A stretch of 64,000 nucleotides of DNA from an uncultured delta proteobacterium (GTDB taxonomy: Bacteria > Myxococcota_A > Polyangia > Polyangiales > B10-G4), in the NCBI GenBank assembly GCA_963727445.1, contig CAVSGI010000010.1:1152001-1216000 (forward strand), given 5' to 3'. The first letter of the stretch is position 1; each line of letters starts with the position of its first letter. Position numbers and translations under genes: made by a program. The notes beneath the pieces are model-generated. The model was not told where the DNA came from. It did not search any database and saw only the letters and a list, made by a program, of their open reading frames with translations. Shown here one piece after another: positions 55,337 through 64,000 of the stretch.

Positions 55337-57007
55337 CTACTCCTCGGGCGTCATCGGCCCGAGGCCGCCCATCTCTTCACGCATGGCGGCGCTCATGAGC
55401 CGCGCGCCCGCGATCTCGCCCAGGACGGTCGCGCCCTCGGTCGCCGTTCGCTCGTATGTGTCGTAGTCCACGCGGTAGAGCCCGAAGCGCGGCGTGAAGC
55501 CTTCGGCCCACTCGAAGTTGTCGGTGAGGCTCCAGTGGTAGTAGCCGCGGACGTCGACGCCCTCTTCACGCGCCTGCCAGATCCACTCGAGGGTGCGCAC
55601 GACCTGCTCGGCGCGTCGCCGCCCGACCTCGGTGGCGATGCCGCTCTCGGTGACGGTGAGCGGCATGGCGGGGTAGCGCGCGTCGAAGTCCTGGAGGACC
55701 TCGTAGATACCCGGCTCCCAGTACTCGTAGAGCATCGAGGGAACGTAGTGCGAGGGCTCGCGGTTGCGCAGGCACGCGCCGAGGTCGAAGCCGTTGACGC
55801 AAGGGGTGGCATCCACGACGGGGATGACGGCCGGGTCGGCGGTGACGCCCGCGCGGAAGTAGTACTGAAGGCCGATCCACTCGGTGGTGTTCGCCCACTC
55901 CGGGTGGGATTCCTCGGGATCGAAGTCGAAGTTCGCGTCGAAGGTGCCGGCGGTGACAGCGTCGGGAAAGAGGTAGTGATAGACGTAGCGGACGCGCTCG
56001 ACCGCCGCGACGTCCTCGGGGTCTTCGCTGTAGAAGTTGCGCCGGGTGGGGATCCACTTGCCGACGCTCAGGGTGAAGCCGGTGAGCGCCGCTTCGCCGT
56101 CGCCGTCCGCGTCGACGGTGTCGAACTCTTCGATCGCCTCGAAGATGGCGACGTGGAAGCGGATGTAGTTCCGCACCACCTCGAGGAAGCGATCGAAGTC
56201 GCTCAGGAGCAGGTTGCGACCGGGCGGAAAGACGTTGGAGCCGTAGCTCGCGAGCAGGTAGTTCACCGGCTCGTTCACCGTCCCCCACTCGTCGACCCGG
56301 TCGCCATAGCGCTCCGCGAGGAGCTGCGCGTACTCGCGCGCCTCCTCGATGATCTGGTCAGCGCCTTCGTTGTGGAAGCCACAGAGGTCGGCGTCGGTCG
56401 GTCCATCCGGGCATTCGAGACCGCGGCGCGGGTCGTCGATCCAGACGGGGCTCGAGAAATGATGGACGGTGATCATCGGCTTGATCCCGGCCGCAAGAAG
56501 CGCGTCGATGACCGCGTCGTAATGCGCGAGGGCGTCCTCGTCGATCATGTCGCGCTGGGGCTCGATGCGGCCCCAGGACAGGCTGAAGCGATAGGCGTCG
56601 AGGTTCGTCTCGGTCAGCAGCGACACGTCGTCGATCGCGCGCGTGTATCCCTCGACCGCGTCGCCCAGGAAGTCGCTGCCGTGCCCGAGGCCGCCCTCGG
56701 ACTCGGGCTGGGTCCAGAGGTACCAGTGGCTGCTGTCGTTCATGTCCTCGATCTGCGCCGCCGCGCTCGACGCACCGAAGGTGAAAGAGTCCTCGCCCGC
56801 GGCGCCGGCGATGGGACCCGCCGCGGGGAACATGACGTCGACGGCCGGGAGCTCGTCCGGCTGGGGTGGAGGCGGAGGCAGGGGCGGGGGCGTGGTGTCC
56901 ATCGCCGCGTCCATGGCCGAGGTGTCCGCGCCGGTGTCGGCCGGTGGCAGGGTCTCGTCACCGCAGGCGCCGAGCGAGAGGATGAGGATGACAAGCGCTT
57001 TGATCAT
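55337..57007 (-). CDS. GH1 beta-glycosidase, lipoprotein
   Basis: Lipobox LGAC; AAQIE, YRFSLSWGRIEP, TVNEP (acid/base), VTESG (nucleophile), WSLTDNFEWAEG. Confidence 0.92.
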   Translation of the reverse strand: MIKALVILILSLGACGDETLPPADTGADTSAMDAAMDTTPPPLPPPPPQPDELPAVDVMFPAAGPIAGAAGEDSFTFGASSAAAQIEDMNDSSHWYLWTQPESEGGLGHGSDFLGDAVEGYTRAIDDVSLLTETNLDAYRFSLSWGRIEPQRDMIDEDALAHYDAVIDALLAAGIKPMITVHHFSSPVWIDDPRRGLECPDGPTDADLCGFHNEGADQIIEEAREYAQLLAERYGDRVDEWGTVNEPVNYLLASYGSNVFPPGRNLLLSDFDRFLEVVRNYIRFHVAIFEAIEEFDTVDADGDGEAALTGFTLSVGKWIPTRRNFYSEDPEDVAAVERVRYVYHYLFPDAVTAGTFDANFDFDPEESHPEWANTTEWIGLQYYFRAGVTADPAVIPVVDATPCVNGFDLGACLRNREPSHYVPSMLYEYWEPGIYEVLQDFDARYPAMPLTVTESGIATEVGRRRAEQVVRTLEWIWQAREEGVDVRGYYHWSLTDNFEWAEGFTPRFGLYRVDYDTYERTATEGATVLGEIAGARLMSAAMREEMGGLGPMTPEE

Positions 57008-59481
57008 GGAACGTCGATGAGGTTGGTGATGCCGAAGGGCGCGAAGTGTTGATAGGGGGCGGGCTCGATCATCCCGTCCGCGCGCACGACGACGAAGTCG
57101 GCGCCGCTCAGCGGCACGTCGATCACTTCGTCCACGCGCACCACCTCCGAGGTGGATGAAACCGTGCGATCGATGGCTACGTCGCGCCCGGCGTAGATGC
57201 GGAGGCGGTCCACGGCGACCCACGGCGCCGCTTCGACGTGCACCGAGAGCATGAGCGTGTCCCCCGCCGGCGGTCCGCTCGCCTCCGCGGTGACGAAGAT
57301 GCCGCCAGAAACGGTGGCGTCCCCCGAACGCAGCGACGCGGCGATGTCCTGCCAGTCGAAAGCGCCGGTCGTGTCGTCGGGGACGCGGACGAAGGTGCGC
57401 GGCAAGCCCGCGGGCAGCTCGGGGAGGTGGCTGTCGCTGTTGCCGACCATGGTGAAGCGCCGGCCCGCCGCGGCCAGCGCGAGGTAGTCCTCGAGGGACT
57501 CCTCGTTGCCGCCGCGGGTGTATCCGTTCCAGACCTCGATCACGTCGAAGGAGAAGTCGTCGAAGTCGGTGCTCGGATCGAAGCCCAGGTCCATCGGTGA
57601 GGCGGTCGCGTGGCCGGTGTCGCGATCGAGCGCCACCGCGCCGAAGAAGGACGCGTCGTCGAGACGCGGATGGTTGACCTGCACCAGCGCGCCTCCGAGC
57701 GATGTGTCACCTCGGGCGCGCAGGGTTTCGAAGACGTCGGTGGGCGTCATGTCGAACCAGACGGGGGCGCCGTAGCCCGACGCAGCCGGATCGCGCGCGA
57801 GGGGGTAGCCGCCGATGTGTCCGAAGGTGGTCGTCGACACCTCGACGCCCGGCACCAACACCAGATAGTCGGCGACGCCCTCCGCCGTGGCGATGGATGC
57901 GTAGTCGGTGATGAAGTCGTGGTCGGTGCTCGCCGCTGCGTCGAGGCCCTCGGCGGCCAGACGGCGAACGGCCTTCCCCACCGGATGGAGGCTGTCGGTG
58001 GAGAGCTCGGTGTGCAGGTGCAGGTCCACGCTGACCCACCCGCTCGTGTCGACGACCTGCGGCAGGACCGGGTCGAGGACGACCGTCTCGCCGTCGGCGA
58101 GGGTGGCGTCGAAGGCGAAGACGTCGTGCTCGAGGCCCCGCGAGACGTGCACTTCGTAGTCGCCCGGCGGCAGCCGGCGGTCGGTCGGACCCATGGCGAC
58201 GAAGCGCTCCACCTCTTCCCCGGCGGAGAGGAGCACGACGCGGACGGGGGCGTTCGGATCGCCGCCGGCGGTGGCGCGGATGGTGAGCGTGGCGCTCGGA
58301 GGCGGCGCGACCGCGACTGTCGTCTCCTCCGTCCCGTGGATCGCCTCCGCCTCGGCGCCGGGGAAGTAGTCCCGATAGCCGCTCCGCACGCGGTAGGTGC
58401 CCTCGGAGAGCGGGACGCGCGCCACGCCGGACGCATGGAGGCGCGTGCGCAGCCGCAGAGCGCCGTCCGCGCCACTGATCTCGACGCGATCCCCCGCGGT
58501 GCCGTTCACCACGAGCGCGCCGAGCCCCGGTGGCGCGACCGCCGCATGCGCCGCAGCCGCCGTCGGTCCCACCGCGAGCCGTGCGCTGAAATGGGAGACC
58601 GCCCCGGCCACCACCGTTGCGAGGCCGCCGGCGGTCATCAGGTGGAACGTCTCGATCTTCGCGACGCCGACGTCCTCGTCGAAGGCGAAGGCCAGCGCGT
58701 CAGCGTCCCGCTCCCCGACCAGACTGCGGCCGCTGCCGCCGGGGCTCCCCTCCCCCACGAGACCGTAGCCGGGCTCCACCAGCTCCACCCCGCCGAGGAG
58801 CGCCAACAGGCCCGGGGTGAGGCGCGCGGTCGCGACGTCGGGGCGGGTGCTGATGCTCACCTCGATGCCGAGCGCATCCGAGTCCGCGCCGAGAACGTAG
58901 TCGAGCTGCCCTCGCACCCGATCCACGCGGCTGAGTCCGGGCGCCACGGCGCTCAGGATCTCGATGGCGGCGTCGTCGAACAGGACGCGAACGCGCGCTT
59001 CGCCGCTCGCACCTGCATCCACGACGGCCACCTCCGTGACCGCCATCGACGCGAGATCGAAGAGCGGGAACACCTCCTTGATCGCGTCCGGCGCGTCACC
59101 CCAGGCCGCGTCCACGATCCCTCCCGCCGGAGCTCCGATGGTGCTCGCGCTGTCGGTGCCGCTTCGGACGATGTAGCGAACGCGCGCGTTGTCGAGCACG
59201 AGGTCCCCGACCCGGCCCATGGCCAGGTATCCGCCCACGAGCTCCCCTGCGCACTCGACGTGCTTGGCGCGCACCTCGCCCTCGCTGGGTCGGGCGCTCG
59301 AGCAGCCGGTCATCTCCGCGGGATCCGGCGCGGCCGTGAAGACCACGGGGTCGGGGAGCGTGCCGTCGACGAACGCGTCGGCATCGGCCGCCGCGTCGCC
59401 CGCATCGTCGGCGCCGCAACCGAAGATCGCGCAAGAGGCGGCGGCGAGCGCGCCCAGCGCGTGGACGACCCGCTGTCTCAC
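57004..59481 (-). CDS. CehA/McbA-type PHP-domain metallohydrolase lipoprotein
   Basis: Lipobox IFGC; DLHLHT, STDHD, GVEVST, GH, VNHPR, IEVWNG, GNSDSH; ATGA overlap with GH1. Confidence 0.85.
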   Translation of the reverse strand: MRQRVVHALGALAAASCAIFGCGADDAGDAAADADAFVDGTLPDPVVFTAAPDPAEMTGCSSARPSEGEVRAKHVECAGELVGGYLAMGRVGDLVLDNARVRYIVRSGTDSASTIGAPAGGIVDAAWGDAPDAIKEVFPLFDLASMAVTEVAVVDAGASGEARVRVLFDDAAIEILSAVAPGLSRVDRVRGQLDYVLGADSDALGIEVSISTRPDVATARLTPGLLALLGGVELVEPGYGLVGEGSPGGSGRSLVGERDADALAFAFDEDVGVAKIETFHLMTAGGLATVVAGAVSHFSARLAVGPTAAAAHAAVAPPGLGALVVNGTAGDRVEISGADGALRLRTRLHASGVARVPLSEGTYRVRSGYRDYFPGAEAEAIHGTEETTVAVAPPPSATLTIRATAGGDPNAPVRVVLLSAGEEVERFVAMGPTDRRLPPGDYEVHVSRGLEHDVFAFDATLADGETVVLDPVLPQVVDTSGWVSVDLHLHTELSTDSLHPVGKAVRRLAAEGLDAAASTDHDFITDYASIATAEGVADYLVLVPGVEVSTTTFGHIGGYPLARDPAASGYGAPVWFDMTPTDVFETLRARGDTSLGGALVQVNHPRLDDASFFGAVALDRDTGHATASPMDLGFDPSTDFDDFSFDVIEVWNGYTRGGNEESLEDYLALAAAGRRFTMVGNSDSHLPELPAGLPRTFVRVPDDTTGAFDWQDIAASLRSGDATVSGGIFVTAEASGPPAGDTLMLSVHVEAAPWVAVDRLRIYAGRDVAIDRTVSSTSEVVRVDEVIDVPLSGADFVVVRADGMIEPAPYQHFAPFGITNLIDVP

Positions 59482-59506
59482 CCCGTCATGATAGCGCCTG
59501 GGCTCG

Positions 59507-60289
59507 TCAGCGCGAGCGAGACCGCGCCGTGTGGAGTCGCCGCCGCCGTACCCAGAGGGCGAGGAGAGTCAGCGCGACCATCCACGCCAAAGCGCCAGGA
59601 GCGGAAGCGACGCGGACCCCGGCGCTGCTGCACGCGCCATACGACGCCCCTCCGTCGGGGTCGGTCGCGGGACCTGTGGGTCCACCAGCCGCGTCGGGCT
59701 CGGGCCCGCCGTCATATGCGGGAGGAGGCGAGGTGTCGCGCGAGACCGCGCCGCCATCGGGCTCGGCGCCGGGAGGCGCGCCGGCATCGCCCGCGTCGGG
59801 CGGCGGTGCACTGCCACCGCCGGCGCGGATCGCGATGTCCGAGCACTGGAAGTAGTTGCCGGCGCCGTACATGACCTGGATCAGCTGCAGCACGCAGCGC
59901 TCGCACTCCACGTCGTCCGGCAGGATCACGTCGAAGGTGTAGCGCCCCCCACCGCGCTCGTCGGGGATTCCGTCCACCAGCACGGTCGGCGAGTTGTAGA
60001 GATCGTCGTCGCCGACGGGCGCGACGAGATCATCGTCGCCATCGGTGTCGAGGGCGATGCGGTAGTGCGCGTCGTGGTCGATGGTCTCGTCCCACATGAC
60101 GGTGATGGTGTCGCCGGGCGCGTAGACCGCGACCGTGTCACCGCGCGGCAGGTCCGTCGTCCCGCACGGCCCCTGCTTCTGCTGATCCGTGCGCGGCGGC
60201 GGGTCCAGAAGAGTGATGTGCGCGTGGGCGGTTCCCCCGCCGAACCACACCCCGCAAAACGCGGCCATCGCCAAGCTTCGACGCAACAC
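59507..60289 (-). CDS. SCE4755-family polysaccharide monooxygenase-like protein with MYXO-CTERM-like anchor
   Basis: Signal peptide AHA|H exposing an N-terminal His; GPCG, TIDH, CERCVLQLIQ, YFQCSDI; tail GACS...hydrophobic...RRRR; start could be 60268. Confidence 0.8.
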   Translation of the reverse strand: MLRRSLAMAAFCGVWFGGGTAHAHITLLDPPPRTDQQKQGPCGTTDLPRGDTVAVYAPGDTITVMWDETIDHDAHYRIALDTDGDDDLVAPVGDDDLYNSPTVLVDGIPDERGGGRYTFDVILPDDVECERCVLQLIQVMYGAGNYFQCSDIAIRAGGGSAPPPDAGDAGAPPGAEPDGGAVSRDTSPPPAYDGGPEPDAAGGPTGPATDPDGGASYGACSSAGVRVASAPGALAWMVALTLLALWVRRRRLHTARSRSR

Positions 60290-60417
60290 GAAGAGATGGA
60301 ATCGCAAGAGACGGGCCAAGCGCAGCTCACGACGAACACGCGCTTTTTCGGCAGACGAGCGCCCTCGGTGGGGAACCGGGAACGTTCCGAGCGCCGCGAG
60401 TCGCGTAGAATGTTCGA

Positions 60418-62787
60418 GTGAAAGGACTCGCGGCGGCGGCGCTCCTCGTCTCGACTTCGCTGGCGATCGGTTGCGGCGACGACGGCGCGGCTTCTGACGA
60501 CGGAAGCGTTTCCGTCGACGGAGGTGATGGTGACCTGCAGATGCCGGCGCCGCCCGCACCGCCGATGGCCTCCACGCGGACCTGCCCAACAGGCTGGGAG
60601 CGCATCGACGGGCGCGCGGGGTCGGCGTGTGCGCCGTGGGTCGACTCGCCCGCGTGCGGGCCGAACGAAGCGCAATTCCCTGGAGACAGCGCGTGCGCAC
60701 TGGTGGGAGCGGCGTGCCCGAGCGGGGAATTCGCCGACGGGCTTCCGGCGGGGACGGTGTACGTGCGCGAAGGCGCCAGTGGTGGCGACGGAACGGAGGC
60801 TTCGCCCTTGGGTGAGCTCGGGATGGCCCTCGCCCTCGCGGGGACGGGGGGAACGATCGCCCTTTCGGCGGGGACCTACGAAGGAGGCGTCGTGCTTCCG
60901 GAGGGCGTCACGATCCGCGGCGCCTGCGCCTCGTTGACGACCATCACCAGCACCGTGGAGTCGTCCCCCACGGATCCCGCGGTGATCACGAGCGGAGGCG
61001 GCACCGCGACTTTGCGCGATCTGACGATCCGCTCGCCGCTCCGCGCCGGCGTGGTCGTGCTCGGCGACGGAAACGCGATCGCCGCACAGGGCGTGATCAT
61101 CGCCGACAGCCACATCGGCGGCGTCATCGCGTCCGCTGGCGGGCACTTCGTCGGAAGCGAAGTGGTGATCCGCGGGACGCGTCCCCGCGATGACGGGATG
61201 GGCGGCACCGGTGTCTCCGCCGAGTCCGGCGGGAGCGCGGAGCTCCACCGCGCCATCGTCGAGGACAACGAGCTCCAGGGCGTCACCGTCTCCACGACCC
61301 GCGGCTCCCTGTTCCTCGAGGATGTCGTCGTGCGTCAAACACGGTCGCAGCGCTCGGACGGAGATTTCGGTCAGGGGGTGGCCGCGGCGGGTGGCGCATC
61401 CGTCGAGGCCCACCGGCTGGTGATCGAAGACAGCCAGCACGGCGGGCTCTTCCTGGACGGGGTCGACACCTCCTTCATCGGCGAGGACGTGGTGGTGCGG
61501 CGAACCCGGCCCCGCACCTCGGACGAGACCCTGGGGCGCGGCGTGTCGGTGGTGCTGGGCGCGACCGCGATCATCCACGGGCTCCTCGTGGAGGACAGCG
61601 TGGACGCGGGACTGCTCGTGGGCGGCGACAGAACGACGTTCACCGGGACTGATGGTCTGATCCGGCGGACGATGAGCGCCCCCACCACCGGCGAGGACGG
61701 CGCGGGTGCGTTCGTACAGATGGGCGGCCTCTTGACCCTCGAACGCGTCGCTGTCGAGGAGGTGCGAAGCGTCGGAGTCTTCGCGGTGGGGCTCGGGTCT
61801 TCGGCGGAGCTCACCGACGTGTCGGTAGAGGCGGTGACAGCCGACGCGCGTGACCTGGACGGGCACGGCATGGTGGTGAGCGAGGGTGCGTCGCTGAGCG
61901 GGACGCGTGTGCACATCGAAGAGAGCACGGCGAGCGGGCTCTTCGTGACCGACGCGGACTCGCGCGCGGAGATCGAGGACGCGTCGATTCGAGCAACCGC
62001 GCCCTCCTCCGACGGCGGGGGCGGCCGCGGCATCAACGTCCAGGACGGCGCGAGCCTCACGCTGACGAGGGCGCTCGTGGAAGCGAACCACGAGACGGGC
62101 ATCTTCGTGGACGGCAGCGCCATCGCGCTCACGGACGTGCGCGTGGCGGATACCCAGCTACGCGCGGACGGCTACGGGGGCCGCGGGATCAACGCCCAGC
62201 TGAGCTCGACCGTGACGGTGGCGCGGGTCGCGGTGGACGGGTCGCACGAGGTGGGCGTCTTGCTCGCGGGCGGCTCGTCGCTCGAGGGCGAGGATCTGCA
62301 CGTGAGCGATACGCGTGAGTCGACGGCGCCGGGGGGCGATGGGCGAGGGATGTCGATCCAGCTCTCCGACGCGACGCTGAGGCGGGTGTCGGTGCGCGAC
62401 AGTCACGGGCTGGGCATCTTCGTCTACGGCGTCTCGCATCTCGAGGCGAGCGCGATCGTCGTGGAGGACACCGTGGCGGCGGACTGCTCCATCACCACCT
62501 GCACCGGCACCCTGGCCCACGGTCACGGCGTCGGCGTCTACGGCGACGCCTCGGCGGACCTCAGCGACCTGCTCATCCAGCGCTCCGCGGTATGCGGCAT
62601 TCACATCGGCGAGGGCGCCGAGGTCGACCTCGCCAACGGCGTCATCCGCGAAAACGCCATCGGCGCGTGCGTCCAGAACGCAGACCTCGACCTCGCTCGC
62701 CTGCAGCACGACGTCGCGTACGACGACAACGGCACCAACCTGGAAGCCACGCGGCTCCCCGTGCCGATGGCGAGTAGCGAGCTCTGA
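60418..62787 (+). CDS. Right-handed beta-helix (pectin-lyase-like) repeat lipoprotein
   Basis: Lipobox AIGC; VYVREGASGGDGTEASP, IALSAGTYE; repeated GxGxxvxxGasxxL units. Confidence 0.85.
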   Translation: MKGLAAAALLVSTSLAIGCGDDGAASDDGSVSVDGGDGDLQMPAPPAPPMASTRTCPTGWERIDGRAGSACAPWVDSPACGPNEAQFPGDSACALVGAACPSGEFADGLPAGTVYVREGASGGDGTEASPLGELGMALALAGTGGTIALSAGTYEGGVVLPEGVTIRGACASLTTITSTVESSPTDPAVITSGGGTATLRDLTIRSPLRAGVVVLGDGNAIAAQGVIIADSHIGGVIASAGGHFVGSEVVIRGTRPRDDGMGGTGVSAESGGSAELHRAIVEDNELQGVTVSTTRGSLFLEDVVVRQTRSQRSDGDFGQGVAAAGGASVEAHRLVIEDSQHGGLFLDGVDTSFIGEDVVVRRTRPRTSDETLGRGVSVVLGATAIIHGLLVEDSVDAGLLVGGDRTTFTGTDGLIRRTMSAPTTGEDGAGAFVQMGGLLTLERVAVEEVRSVGVFAVGLGSSAELTDVSVEAVTADARDLDGHGMVVSEGASLSGTRVHIEESTASGLFVTDADSRAEIEDASIRATAPSSDGGGGRGINVQDGASLTLTRALVEANHETGIFVDGSAIALTDVRVADTQLRADGYGGRGINAQLSSTVTVARVAVDGSHEVGVLLAGGSSLEGEDLHVSDTRESTAPGGDGRGMSIQLSDATLRRVSVRDSHGLGIFVYGVSHLEASAIVVEDTVAADCSITTCTGTLAHGHGVGVYGDASADLSDLLIQRSAVCGIHIGEGAEVDLANGVIRENAIGACVQNADLDLARLQHDVAYDDNGTNLEATRLPVPMASSEL

Positions 62788-62819
62788 GGTTGGGGTTGGT
62801 GTTGGTGTTGGGGTTGTGT

Positions 62820-63460
62820 GGGTGGCGGCCGAAGGCCGGCCACGGGGGAGCGGGATCAGATGGGATAGATGAGGGGTGGTTTTGGTGAGGGACTTCGTCC
62901 CTCCACGCTCCCTCGGGGACTGCGTCCCCGCGGCCGACACACAGACGCGCCAAGAGCGGGGCGGCGATACCGCCGCCCCGGGTGGAGCTGGGCGTGCTGT
63001 CGGCCTCCCCTGCACGGCGCCGGGGGCGCCGGGTGGCGGCCGAAGGCCGGCCACGGGGGGCGCGGGATCAGATGGGATAGATGAGCGGTGGTTTTGGTGA
63101 GGGACTTCGTCCCTCCACGCTCCCTCGGGGACTGCGTCCCCGCGGCCGACAGACAGACGCGCCAAGAGCGGGGCGGCGATACCGCCGCCCCGGGTAGAGC
63201 TGTGCGTGCTGTCGGCCTCCCCTGCACGGCGCCGGGGGCGCCGGGTGGCGGCCGAAGGCCGGCCACGGGGGGGGTGGTTTTGGTGAGGGACTTCGTCCCT
63301 CCACGCTCCCTCGGGGACTGCGTCCCCGCGGCCGACAGACAGATGCGCCAAGAGCGGGGCGGCGATACCGCCGCCCCGGGTGGAGCTGGGCGTGCTGTCG
63401 GCCTCCCCTGCACGGCGCCGGGGGCGCCGGGTGGCGGCCGAAGGCCGGCCACGGGGGGGG
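62820..63460. repeat. Tandem array of a hairpin-rich ~186-212-bp element (3 full copies + terminal partial), REP/BIME-like
   Basis: Units start at 62820, 63031, 63243 and 63429 with GGGTGGCGGCCGAAGGCCGGCCAC; preceded by a (GTTGGK)n tract at 62789-62816. Confidence 0.92.
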
Positions 63461-63462
63461 CT

Positions 63463-63999
63463 TCAATCGGTGGTGGCGTCGGCGGCTGCGTCGCCGCTCG
63501 CGTCGCCCGTTGCGTCGGCGGTGGCGTCCATCGTCGCGTCCGCTGTCGCGTCTGCCGTGGCGTCGGCGGTGGCGTCCATCGAGGCGTCGCCGCTGGCGTC
63601 CGCGGAGCCGTCGGTGGCCGCGTCGCCGCTGGCGTCCGCGGAGCCGTCGGTGGCCGCGTCGCCGCTGGCGTCCGCGGAGCCGTCGACGGAGCCGTCGCCG
63701 GGGGTGCTGTCGGGCGTGCTCGAATCCGGCACGCTCATATCCGGCACGCTCGAATCGGGCGGCCCGTCGCAGTCGGTGCAGATGCAGTTGCCGGTGCCCT
63801 CGCAGGTCTGATCGCAGTCGCCGCTCGGGCAACTGAGGATGCAGTTGCCGGTGTTCTGGCACAGCACGTTGCACGCGCCGCCAGCGCAGTCGAAGTCGCA
63901 GTTCCCCGTGCCGGTGCAGACGAGGTTGCAGCCACCGTCGGGACAGCTCTTCGTGCAGTTGCCCGCGATGCCGTTGTTGCACTCGCAGGTCTCGCCCGT
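63463..63999 (-). CDS. Partial (3' end) Cys-rich protein with 19-aa GNC repeats and an Asp/Ala/Thr tail
   Basis: Frame open to the window edge: GNCTKSCPDGGCNLVCTGT / GNCDFDCAGGACNVLCQNT / GNCILSCPSGDCDQTCEGT. Confidence 0.75.
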   Translation of the reverse strand, partial: TGETCECNNGIAGNCTKSCPDGGCNLVCTGTGNCDFDCAGGACNVLCQNTGNCILSCPSGDCDQTCEGTGNCICTDCDGPPDSSVPDMSVPDSSTPDSTPGDGSVDGSADASGDAATDGSADASGDAATDGSADASGDASMDATADATADATADATMDATADATGDASGDAAADATTD

Positions 64000-64000
64000 T

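Noticed and set aside
62820..63460. CRISPR array, or CDS in the repeat
   Set aside because: Units are ~200 bp and nearly identical with no unique spacers and no cas genes; the ORFs there merely translate the repeat

Overview
High-GC (~70%) bacterial DNA. The gene content (MYXO-CTERM tail, DUF1592/DUF1552 pair, Cys-rich and EGF/thrombospondin lipoproteins) points to a myxobacterium, most likely Polyangiales/Sandaracinaceae-like; this is an inference. The window holds about 47 CDS: housekeeping genes (hemB, argJ, leuS, rsmE, hpf) scattered among roughly 19 predicted lipoproteins. I saw no rRNA, tRNA, CRISPR array or transposase. Six single-base frameshifts, one of them in essential leuS, indicate assembly errors rather than pseudogenes. 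Best leads: (1) a tightly coupled operon (1384-9638) in which a diheme DUF1592-family cytochrome c carries an inserted glycogen-binding CBM48-like module and sits with its DUF1552 partner, a TrmB sugar regulator and two GH13 amylases, which ties an orphan redox pair to alpha-glucan use; (2) a cluster (16118-23343) with a lipoprotein bearing a very long aerolysin-like Ser/Thr beta-hairpin, two paralogous half-TolC-like proteins (one fused to a beta-propeller) and an ABC exporter; (3) an LPMO-like/PHP/lipid-anchored GH1 run; (4) a flippase-sulfatase-fold fusion; (5) a structured ~210-bp tandem repeat array; (6) a long hairpin upstream of argJ; (7) widespread apparently leaderless genes. All family calls come from motifs recognised by eye; no database search was run.
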